Program-made: the position numbers and the translations under genes
The notes under the pieces: model-generated
Told to the model about the DNA's origin: nothing
Database searches by the model: none
What the model saw: the letters and a program-made list of their open reading frames with translations, nothing else
Assembly: GCF_036588685.1 (NCBI RefSeq)
Contig: NC_086381.1
Location: forward strand, 37,944,001 to 38,008,000
Source of the DNA: Mytilus trossulus
Lineage: Eukaryota
Direction of reading: 5' to 3'
Length of the DNA: 64,000 bases
In this document: piece by piece, positions 1 to 11,202 of the stretch
Numbering within the stretch: the stretch's first letter is position 1
Layout of the letters: the number at the start of each line of letters is the position of its first letter

Positions 1-1188
1 CATCGAGGTTTTTAGCTAATATTAACGACAACTTTTCCCGTCAAACCCCAACATATGTGTTCAGTAATTCACATTTTGTTGTGATAACATAATATCGTTT
101 AATATAAAAAAAAAAAGAAAGAAAAAAAAAGAAAAGAAAAATATGTGGTATGATTGCCAACATTAGCGAGACAACTCTCCACAAGAGACCAAAATGACAC
201 AGAAATTACCAACTATAGGCCTTCAACAATGAGCAAAGCCCATACCACAAAGTCAGCTACAAAAGGTCCCTTAGTGACAATGTTAAACCTTTCAAAAAAC
301 TAACGACCTTATCTAACGGTCTAAGTTTAATTGTTCCTTTGTAATATTTTGAAAAAAGGGGAATAGAGTGGTTTCCCTTTATTTGATTTTATAATTTATG
401 CACTCGGCAATCCTCGATAGATCCGCTACTCTCATTCTATGAGGGTACGGAATCGGCCGAGTTGAGTCGAATGGCATTTCATGATAGAGCAGTAACATTT
501 ATAACACATAACACAGTCGAACTTGTCATTTATCAATAAGAAATAACCGAAATCTAATTGAAACCACCATAAAGCTAACAAACAATAAATTAAATACTAA
601 ATTATTTTTTTTAAATACATACATACATTTTATCTTCAATAAAGCTCACACTTTCATACACAACAGATGACAGAACTGTATGATTTGCATTAAGCAATCG
701 CAGATTTGTAGAAAGGTAATTATTGTTCTTGCAGTTTATAATGGAGTTTGTGGAATTTCGCAAAGGTTTGTGTTATATCGCATACATGCATGTTTGCTTT
801 TTTTTATATTTCGCAAAGGTTTGCGTTATATCGCAAAATATATGAAGAAACATAAAAAAAAGTATGTGTTACGCTTCTACGCTTCCGAAGCATTTAAAGT
901 GGTACATCTAGTGTTTTCTCCTAGAATTTGTTTTTTTATTTTATTTGTCACTTCCTGTATGTCCTGATACACTTTTTGTCGACGGTGGTATGATTATAGT
1001 TTCTTTGTTCATTTTGAGAATTAACTAGTTCAGTCTGTAACTTTTCATTTGTTTAGATTAACACCTTAAAAAGCATACTTTATATGCATCTGTACATTAA
1101 GCTATCAAGGTACTGGATTAAATAAATGCAAGATAAAATATAAAAACCATTACGACAATTCTCTTTATTAATACTGATAGTACTTTGT

Positions 1189-1369
1189 CTAACATCTCAG
1201 AACCATACAGGAACAGCATTGTGGTAGACGTTTATATTGACGAATTAACTGACCAAGTTTTGGACACCAAATATAATAAACCATGGTCTTGAAATTAGTT
1301 TGCCTGCAAGCCTTTATTCCGGGGAAGACATGTTCTGATACAGCTGTCACTCCAAGACAACTCCTTTGT
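1189..1369 (-). CDS. Paralogue A coding exon 5 (C-terminal half of the cystine knot)
   Basis: Acceptor ttattttacag, stop TAG at 1189-1191; encodes ...WCPKLGQLIRQYKRLPQCCSCMVLRC, homologous to exon 5 of B, C and D. Confidence 0.9.
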
Positions 1370-4300
1370 CTGTAAAATAATCAAAAAGTCACATTAATGT
1401 TCCCCAGTTTATGCAAAGTAAACTATAAAATCCCCAGACCTGGCCAGACTACGTAGTTAATTCATGTTCACAAGTTACAATGTACATAATTAACATATAT
1501 ACTGATGTTTATTCGCTGGTTTTAATTGGATGTATGAACGACTGTGTTTAACGTTCGGTGAGGTGTTGCTATATTGCTCCGTGCTCATTTAATAAAAACA
1601 TCCAACAATTGCAATTATGGTGAAATATTGAAACTAAATATAAGGATTTACGTAACGCAATATGTAAACCGTCATTATGATCAGTTCAAAGAACAAACAG
1701 CCAACAATATTTGAAGGAAACGCTTTACCATTTGGTCTGAGTTTCGTGTCATGAAGACATATACAATTCCCCTGTTTCCGTGTAAACACTCCCCCCCCCC
1801 CTTTCCAAAAAGGAGAAAAAACAACAACAACTAACAACTTGCAAAACCTTTAGAGTCAATTTTTCTGTTGTTAGATGTAACTTATAAGTTTTTGACTGAG
1901 AACTAATTTCTATACTTTAGTGGTTTTCTATGTTTTTAATGGTCAGATGTTCATTTGATATCTAAACACTTGTTGTCTTTCGGACTTTGGTGAGTAGTTT
2001 TTTTATTGACCATCTGCATACCAGACTTTTGTAAGCAAGTAATGTTTATAAACTACCGGACAGTGTATTGTATTGATTGTTACCTGAATTGATTTGTAAT
2101 ATTTCTCTTACTCCATAGGTCGTATGTACACGTATAGTTATTGATTGGTTATTTCCCTTTATTGTTTCCCGCCTCACGTTCATTATCAAATGTGCCTTCC
2201 AAACTATCACATATGTTAGTTTTCTCCCCTGATTAAAAGCGCTACAATTAAACGTAGAGTTAAGTGTAGTGAGAATATGTTACCCGACATACTTACTGAC
2301 AACCAACGAATGGACATCCACCTGATTGTCTAACCCATGGTCGTAAGATCCAACAATGATGTCCGTGGAATTCAGTGGATTTGGGGAAAAAGAATAGATT
2401 TTGAACAGCAGGACAGGTATCAATCCATTGTGTAGACGTGTGTTGGGGAGGAGGTGGTGGTGCACCATATGAACCATGAGAAGACCTGAAATATATAAAA
2501 AACTGATATCAGGTATAATTAAATAACAGCTGTATTAAATAAATTTCATTTAATCCTTGTCGTACATGCGCGGAAAAAAAATATGACTAAGTTTTTGTTA
2601 GTGAAAGAAGTTGGAGAAACCACCGACCTTCGTTAGAAAAAACTGACTATCCTAGCTATATTGAATTGAGATAGCCTAGTTCTTAATGCACCTGCCTATC
2701 ACTTGCATGATTCGAAATCATCACGTCAGTATTGACAGTCTTTTTATCTAGTAGTTTGATGAGTTAGACCATTCGTCCAACGAAGCCGATTGATGCAATT
2801 ATAACTCTTCATTATGAGTATCTAGTTTGCAAAATTTTTAAAATATGTTATGTAATATTATTTATTCTATGTTCAAAAAGCGTCCATTAAAATAGTTTTT
2901 ATCAAAAATATTTTTCTAAACTTGACCAAATATAGCTTTAGAAATCGCGATTGCAAGGAACTTCTCTTTACATAACTACATATGTTTTCAGTGTTTAATC
3001 ATGAAAATGTGCTAGAGTATTACTTGTTTCTCAAATTATGTGGACAAATTTATAACAAATACTGATATTGTACAAACCACGTGCCCATTTTCATTTTATT
3101 TTTCCCAAACTTTTTTTTTAGTAATTTGGCCCGTCGTGCTATACATCCCAACAGCTCATATTTATAAAACGTAGGGCTTCTCCATTTTTTGTTTTTTATT
3201 ATTTATTTTCCGGCGTATTTTGTCAAGCATACTGTAACACAAACACCTATTTGTGAAATTAAAAATAACAAAGTATGTAGAATATAATTTTATGTACATG
3301 TATAAGTATTATGATTACTTACTTGGCTTTGTGTCGATTACAGTGACATGAAGCTGTTCGTCTTGCTTGTGACACGTGTCTGTTGAAATGTCTACTGGAC
3401 TTTCGCAAATATCTTGAAATATCGGTACTAAAATCAGAGAAAAACTGTTATTCTAAATATATATGCATGTATATTGTGTAAATTTGAATAAAGTATTCAT
3501 TTATCATCAATGTCAAACAATTTTAGAAATTGAAGTTTAAAATGTAGATTAATCTTCCACTCCAATCTAAGTCGTACCAACACCGTGACTAAAAAAGATT
3601 TGGCTTGTTTAATATTCGTTTAATTTTTACAAAATATTGCAAAAAATATAAAACTGCAGCAAATTTAAACCATATCATTTACTAGATTTTTTTTTTGAAA
3701 TTGCAGTTCGACAAAGTTTTACACTAATTTTGATAATTGTGAAGCTTGATTCCTCTTGAATTATAGAATATTTGATTAAAACGTTCACAACAGTTGACTT
3801 TTAAAGAGTTAACTTCCCTCAGGTATATTTTCACATTAAGTTGCTCCATTCGATCAAATTTGTTTTTTATGTATTATAATTTTGCCTATCAAACTGCAAC
3901 AGATGAAGGATCATAGATAAAACAGTTTTTTTATGTTCTGACAAATGGGTGGACGTGTTTAACAATACTTCAATTATATAAAGTCTGCTAGAAAACATGA
4001 CACAATATTCAGAATTCAAGCCGAACAGTCTTTATCGCTATTTACAAATATATATACCATGTTGTTATTGGATAAACAGTAAAATGCAAATAGTCAGACC
4101 CAAGACACTTCGGAATCTCGAGACAAACATTAGAGATCTTAGGTCAATTGATCAATCAAAACTTTTTATCCCTACTTTTAGATTATTGTACGTAAACGTA
4201 TTTGTAACATATCTTAATATATATGAGTCAAATCTAATACAAGCACACACAGAAAACAGTTGAATTATATGTCTGGGTTTGTGTTTTCATTTTCCCAGTT

Positions 4301-5570
4301 TGCTGTGTAAGTTGAAACAAAGGCATATCAGTACATACGCAGGATATTTTCCGACTAGCTGGACATCACTCAATTTTGTAACGGTTTCATCTCTTGGTGG
4401 AACACATCGACCTACAGGCTGTGGAGCTTTGACGGGTTGTGGGTGTCGCAGATACTGGTGAGGCGGTAAGGGTTGGTCATGGTGAGGTGGAACTGGTTGG
4501 AGGTGGGGAGGAAGAGGGTGATGAAGAGGTAATTGTTGTAGATGAGGAGGGAGAAGCTTGTGAGGAGGTAATGGTTGAAGATGGGGAGGCAGTTGATGGT
4601 GAGGTGGCACCTGTTGTAGATGGGGAGGAAGAAGATGAGGAGGAAGAGGATGATGAGGCGCTACTGGTTGGAGATGGGGAGGCAGAGAATTGTGAGGTGG
4701 CCCTTGTTGGAGATGGGGAGGGAGAAGATGTTGGAGGTGAGGAGGAAGAAGATGTGGAGGTGGCACACGTGGTACGAAATGGCGAGGTGGGGGATGGTAA
4801 GTGTTTGATTGAACTGAAACAACACACACTACCAGTATCAATATCATATGTGGAACCTGCTAAAAGGAAAAATCAGGAAAAATAGTACACATGAATTATA
4901 TGTTCTTACGATATAATTTAAGATAATTACACAAGTATTGTAATAAAGTTTGTTATCTGAAGAATTGTCTTCCGATAACAAAATAAGGCTTTTTTCACAT
5001 TTCGTCTTAAGCATAAGTATCTTTTTAACTGATTTAAATAAATACTTTAAAATTTAAAGTAAGTTTTGAAAATGATATAATATAATCCTCAACTGCATTT
5101 CATAAAAAAAATTTAAAAAAAATATGAACTGACAAAAAACAAGACGTTTCTGTCCGTTCAATTTTAAATAGTTATCAAAGGTACCAGAATTATAATTTGA
5201 TACGCCAGACACGTTTTTCGTCTACTTTAGACCCACCAGTAACGCTCAGATCGAAATAATTAAATAGCCAAACAAGTATAAAGTTGAACAACATTAAGGA
5301 CCCAAAATCCCCAAAATACGATTAAGGTTATCTATTCCTATGATACAAAAATCCTTTGTTTCCGAAAAAAATTAATAAAAAAGTCTCTTAAAAGTTATGT
5401 TAAAATTTCCTAAATGCAATCTTTTTCTAGTTTATTAGAATTATTTTGATTTTAGCTATTTTCTTACAATTTTATATCATTTTGAATATCACTTATATTT
5501 TATCTTCATCATTTGTTAATTAGAAAGATGGTCGTATTTTAGCTAAGGAGTAATAATATATTCTTACCAT
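1189..5570 (-). CDS. Paralogue A: secreted His/Pro-repeat protein with C-terminal Spaetzle-like cystine-knot domain, 331 aa, join(5568-5570,4339-4856,3323-3427,2297-2485,1189-1369)
   Basis: All introns are GT..AG with phases 0,2,2,2, and the 996-nt spliced CDS is open. Protein: MVPHMILILVVCVVSVQS (signal) - His/Pro repeats - GRCVPPRDETVTKLSDVQLVGKYPA-TDISRYLRKSSRHFNRHVSQARRTASCHCNRHKAK-SSHGSYGAPPPPPQHTSTQWIDTCPAVQNLFFFPKSTEFHGHHCWILRPWVRQSGGCPFVGCQ-QRSCLGVTAVSEHVFPGIKACRQTNFKTMVYYIWCPKLGQLIRQYKRLPQCCSCMVLRC*. AATAAA (minus strand) at 1164-1169. Exon 1 is the least certain part. Confidence 0.88.
2297..2485 (-). CDS. Paralogue A coding exon 4 (N-terminal half of the cystine knot)
   Basis: tttcag acceptor and GTAAGT donor; WIDTCP..FFFPK..CWILRPW..CPFVGC matches exon 4 of B, C and D. 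Confidence 0.9.
3323..3427 (-). CDS. Paralogue A coding exon 3 (basic pro-region)
   Basis: ttttag acceptor and GTAAGT donor, 105 nt, phase 2-2; same size class as exon 3 of the paralogues (105-108 nt). Confidence 0.82.
4339..4856 (-). CDS. Paralogue A coding exon 2 (signal peptide + His/Pro repeat + CxxP..GKYP motif)
   Basis: ttttagcag acceptor and GTATGT donor directly after the GKYP motif, the same position as in B, C and D; overlaps ORF 4287..4847. Confidence 0.9.
4455..4765 (-). repeat. Coding minisatellite, ~39-bp / 13-aa unit LPPHLQ[QP]xPPHHx
   Basis: Units LPPHLQQGPPHNS, LPPHLQPVAPHHP, LPPHLQQVPPHHQ, LPPHLQPLPPHKL, LPPHLQQLPLHHP, LPPHLQPVPPHHDQP, plus partial units. Confidence 0.9.
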
Positions 5571-6519
5571 GTTACTTTATTAAGAGTATTGCCTCCACAA
5601 TAATGAATGCCCGGTCACAAAATTGAAAATGACAAAAAAATTGCAACGCATTTAGTTTTAAAGTACTTGCATGAAGTTTATCCCTGTGACGACATCCGAA
5701 ATCTTTAAATTGGGGATTTATTGAAACAGATGCCTCCACAGTATATTGACAAACAATCTTACTAATGAAAATATATCAAATGTAAACATGAATTGGGGAA
5801 ACAACTCAATAAAAATTACATACTTTGTTCCTTTCATATTAACAATTAGACGTAAAGTAACGTGTAAAAGGTAATCAGCCTAACATGATAAGGAAAACAA
5901 CAATTAATTTGCGCGCCTAAACTTCTTAGGTGTGGCAGTGATTCATGCAAATAATTCTTCAGTTCAGGTTAATATTCTATGTAAGGTCAGCAAAAACTGC
6001 ATATTAAAAAATACTGCAGCAACACTGTATGCATTGACGTTAATCTCAATTATTATAAAACGAACTTGTGTCACGTATACCAACGCAATGGAATCCAAAA
6101 CGGCAAGTTTATTGTAAGCAAAACTATCTGTATTATAATACATGTATTAACAAACAAGACTTAGTTAATCTTAACTTGTTGAGTGTTAACAGCCTGTCTC
6201 TAGTCCTTTCTCGCGCTATACTTTTTTAAGGATAAATAAACAGAATATTTTTCAAACGCAATGTTTTTTTCCAAGACTTATCATAACTTGCTTTCAGCAA
6301 TGGTTATGCGTATCCATCCATTCGTCTTCCTTTGTTGTGCACAGTCCATTTTATACTCTGGGAAAAACGAATTATGATATACTGCTGTTCTTTGTTAATA
6401 TGCTAGCACAATAAATGAAGAATCATTCTGTGTGCCCCCTTACGGTTGTTGTTATTGACTATAAATGTGTGGCAATCAGTTTTACGTGTACTACTGTAAA
6501 AAACATGACGAATATACAC

Positions 6520-6585
6520 TGTGTCGTTACAGGACTAAGCACGCTCCTTTCGGACTCAAGACTGCACCGGCTAACTTTCAAATGA
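6520..6585 (+). mobile_element. Possible tiny Ty3/Gypsy RT relic
   Basis: Translates YRTKHAPFGLKTAPANFQM, resembling the LTR-retrotransposon RT motif PFGLKNAPATFQ; no flanking RT motifs are visible. Confidence 0.35.
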
Positions 6586-7561
6586 TTTTCCTTCTAGATG
6601 TACACATTGCTTTTTTCCTTCAAGGAAGTTTGTCAGTAATTTTCTTCTTGTCCTCCTTGTGCCATAATGATCGATCTTATACAATAATTGCTCATGTGGG
6701 ACTTTGTCAAAGACCGTTGACAAGTCTCAAAGGATAAAATCTATTTTCTCTTTATCATCGATTCTTGTGAGAATCAGTTGTAATCTACAGGACCGCCCTT
6801 TTTTTAAGTCATATTGGCAAATCGGTCACGATAGAATTACTTTCTATGTGTTTGATATGATATGTTCAATACTTTACATAATCATTTGTTTTCATTTTCA
6901 TTCAGGTAGTAAATTAGCCTTGGTCAACGGGGCCTTTAAAAAAGATAAGTTCGGATAATATTTCAGAAGCTATTGATGATTCCTATAATTTTGTATATAA
7001 TACATATGTCCCTTATGCTTTATGTTTGTTTAAATATTTGCAAGTGGCTTGTATCTTCCAATATAGTAATGTTTTCATATGTGGGTATGTATGTGTTAAC
7101 ACTTCCTCTATTGTGTTCTTGTCTTCGTGGCTGTTAGATACTTAGACGAACTGATTATCATGTATATAGGCTTTCATTTTTTTTTCCAACGTGTATAATA
7201 TACTGATTTAACAGCACAACATAGGAACAAAATGTTATATTTACTTGAAAAGGAAGAGTCAGACTAATCCGATCGAAACTAAGCTTAACAGCACACAAAA
7301 CAAAGAAGTTTACCTTACATGAATACATAATGTATTTCCTCATGTTTACTATCAACCAATGTTCCCCCAAAGACGGCATACACAGTAGGAGAAAAGGATG
7401 ACATTGTACAATGCCAAACTATAGATACGACTGCATGCAGGACCATTTGTTTCCACAACTTTGCAAGAATACGTATTTAGATGTTTTTCATATGTTTTGT
7501 TATTTGATTTTGCCATGTGATTATGGACTTCCCGAATAGATTTTCCTATATATATATATAT

Positions 7562-8052
7562 AATTTTATTTATAGTGCAACCTGATATAACAACTATTTT
7601 ACATACATTAATACAACGTCAATCAGCCAGCCTTCAAAGGCTTACGAAGCACTGTCAATTAATATCTATAATTTGCGCTAATATAGAAGATATGAAATTA
7701 ATACTTCAAGATCATTTTAAAACAAGATTATTTAAATATCACAATGAGAAAGTAACTGAGTTCTGATTTTTGAAATATTGAATATATAGTTTGACACTAG
7801 TTTACAGTCTGTAGTTAGCAATTTAATGAGTATTTCGTCATCAGAAAGAACGGAAAAGTCTATGTTGTTACGTTGCTGAAAGTCAGTGAAGGCATTGTTT
7901 CTTTCACACAAATATAAAGGACATTTAACTAAAAAATGTTTTTCGTCCTCAACGGATACATTGTCATTGCAGACTTTACAAAAACGTCTATTTGACGGGA
8001 TACCACGATAACGCCCAAGTTCTAATTCCAACGGAAAAGTCCCACAAAGCAT
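7562..8052 (-). mobile_element. 5'-truncated non-LTR retrotransposon 3' end (ORF2 C-terminal CCHC region + 3' UTR)
   Basis: ORF 7732..8052: LELELGRYRGIP..RFCKVCN..VEDEKHFLVKCPLY is the typical post-RT zinc knuckle of CR1/L2-group LINEs; it ends near AATAAA and a (TA)n tract at ~7548-7572. Confidence 0.75.
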
Positions 8053-10132
8053 ATAAGATCAGTATTTTTTTTATTTTACCTTTTAGTTATGATTTAAATA
8101 ATAGATAACAAATTCAATGTAAAAACCAACAAAGACGATATTAAAAGAACTGACTATAGTTTTAAATTAATAACCTATAAAATATATGTATGATTTGTTA
8201 CAGATTGTTTCTAGTTTTTTTGTGCTAGATACACACATTCAACGTAAATAAAAGGATACTATATTCCGTTTTCAATGATTTTCTACAGATACAGCCAAAA
8301 TTATACAAATAATTGACTACTCAGTCTAGTATATGATACATAAGAAATTTGTGGTAACGGCATGTTTTTAGTATGTGCTTTATTTCAACAACACACGAGG
8401 TAAATAGGCCAAGGGGGACATTGTGTACAGTCCCATATTTCACATATGTGCCATGTCGAGTCATCTGGTTTGTTGTTGTTTGCTTTTTTTACATGAAAAA
8501 GATGGGGTATGATTGCTTAAGACATCTGAATACCTACCCAAAAGTCAAAGTTTTAAGATTGTAAATGAAAAAAACCTTTTAGTTACAATAAATTTAGATT
8601 TGTCTGTTTGTTTTCTCACAAATTAATGTCAATATAATGCAATCTATGTAACTGTCATACAAGTGAGAGGTTTTGCTAGCTATGAAACCAGGTTCAATCC
8701 ATCGTTTTCTACACGAGGCAATGCCTGTACCAAGTAGCAATGTAAGAGTTTATGTTTCTTTGATTTCGACATTGGATAATGGCTATTTCGTTTTGAATTT
8801 TTTTGGAGTTTAGTGTTGTTGTTATTTGGCTTTTAATAAATGAGTTAATTTCTAGTTTGTAGCTAGGAACAACATGACTCTATGCACAAACTGTTCTCGT
8901 GTAATATTGAGAAATGTGACATTTGTCCGGTTTAACAAAAGGCTTTTCTCTAATCGTTTAGAAAATTGCAAAACATTCTGATCACATTGAATTTAAAAAC
9001 TCCATGTGTCATACAGTATCGATTTCTATATTATACATTGTAACATAAATTGGATTTTTTCCTTTGATGTTTTTATTAAATAATTTGCTTAAAAAGTGTG
9101 GTGAGAGAAAACCATGGTATATTATATACACATTTATGTTGTACCATACTTTGCTAATTAAATATGCAACTCAACTAGAATCCAAAGGAAAAAAGAAGGA
9201 GCTTCAGCCATGGTATAACATATTCATTTTCATGTTATTCCATGACTGAAGCTCCACCTTTTTTTTTTAAATGTATCCGCCTCTAAAATATTTAGGAAAC
9301 TGGAAAACGTACTTAAAGGTCAAGATCTTCATTTGTTTTCATTTTATAAGAAAAAGCAATAAATTATGTGTACCACATTTTAAGAAACCTTTTTCAAACT
9401 ACATAGGTTTGTTACGAACTCCATTAATTTTGAAAACAATTAGTAAATATCTTTCTTTCAGTTTTGAAAAATATAAAATGTAAAGCTATTATTTTTCCAT
9501 TGCGAAAATTCAATTAAATGTTGATTTAAAAAGGGGGTACCTATAGAAAAAGGAATAAATACCGGCTACAAATATCTATGAAAAAAACATGATTTTTTGG
9601 GCGATCAATTAGGGGACGTACACTATCTACGCCCCTGGATCCGCCACTGTTTAAAAACATTGTTTTATCATTAAAATTGTGTTTTAATAAATAAACTAAT
9701 AATCGAATTAATAAAAAAACGGAAGAAAAGCTTTTCAATTAGATGAAAATTCTGTAAACTATCATTAATTTATATGATATACATTGAAAACAAAGAAAAA
9801 AAAAACAATTCTTACCGCCATTAGAATAATTATTTAATCCTTGTCACTGGATCCGACATTTTTGTTTACCTCAGGCTGATGTCATTATGAAATTACCTGT
9901 GGATACAATCATACACGGGGCGGAAAAATAAAAAAAAATCATTTTCTTTCTTTCTGCAAATTCAGGGGTTCTATTACATGAAATACACAGACGATCATAC
10001 ACGAAGCGCAAAAGTGACTTGCGCGAGCTTCCATTTCATTGGATAAAACTGTAATGTGATCAATTTCCAATATTAGTTGAATGTCTTGAACAATGTTGAA
10101 GCTGTCAATCATTTTATTTATATTACAAATTT

Positions 10133-10229
10133 TATATACCATGTGTTTTACTCATTAACATATTTAAACAAACTCATCCTTCGGATTCGTTTGTTTAAAT
10201 ATGTTAACTCGTAAAAACCATGGTATATA
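10133..10229. repeat. Long imperfect palindrome, ~45-bp arms
   Basis: TATATACCATG..TTAACATATTTAAACAAAC..ATCC-TTC-GGAT..GTTTGTTTAAATATGTTAA..CATGGTATATA. Confidence 0.8.
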
Positions 10230-11015
10230 TAGTACTTAGTTTGTGTTATTAATCTAGGTAATCTGTAGATTGATATTCGAATAGTATATGTAAATGACCA
10301 TTATAGACAAATATTTTGTGTTCTATATTACTCTATGTGCGTGATATCTTTAGAACGTGTATATTGTTGGTTACGGTTGCAATTTTCTTAAAAAGAATAT
10401 GTAATTCCTGTAGGTCTCCATCGCTGATTCTAACATTTTCCACACACAACAGCATAAGATAGAATATGTCATCGTTTGGTGCAATGAATTGCGTAATGAC
10501 AAACAATGATAAAGCTTTTGAAAATTGAAATCACAAAAATACCGAACTCCGAGGAAAATTACACACAAAATGTCTCAAATCGATTGCCATAGTCAAAGCT
10601 CAAGCACTTCAAATGAATGGAAAAATAACTGTCATATTCCTGACGTAGTACAGGACATCATTTCGATTACCATTATACTTTCGACAAAGTGATAACTACA
10701 CATTTGGTATGTTTTACAGACATTGTATTACTTATCAATGAAAGTTACACTAATGGCACTAAGGAGAAATTTGTAAGGAAAACTATCAATATTTTTTTAA
10801 TACTTTTTTTCTTTTTTCATTTTATTACTATTTTAAGTTAAGTGTGGTTAGCCTTATCTGACTTTCGAATACTAATTTTCTGGGAGGTCCGACAGTAAAG
10901 TAGGAGTGAAAATAAACTGCATATATTTGTTTTAATATAGTTTCGTGAAAAAAGGAACATAATTGTAGAAACTGTTCTGCAATATCTGCTAACATGTACT
11001 TGGGGATTCCGGTAT

Positions 11016-11202
11016 TTAGAACCCTAAACAATACAGAGTCATACATAAACAAGTTTGAGGTAATCTAACATATCTTCGAACAATCCCAGACCTCAGACAC
11101 CATATGAAATAGTCAAATGACCTCAATGTAGAGCTTCTGCAAGCCGTGACTCCTGGACCATTCCGGCTGACTATTCCTTTTACACTAAAACAAGCTTTAT
11201 TT
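11016..11202 (-). CDS. Paralogue B coding exon 5
   Basis: ttttacag acceptor; 3' part of ORF 11016..11441; WCLRSGIVRRYVRLPQTCLC. Confidence 0.9.

Noticed and set aside
4439-4885. 148-aa acidic Glu/Gly/Val plus-strand ORF and 116-aa Ser/Thr-rich alternative-frame ORF (4477..4827)
   Set aside because: These are shadows of the His/Pro coding repeat. Only the His/Pro frame has a signal peptide, splice sites and the GKYP motif shared with the paralogues.
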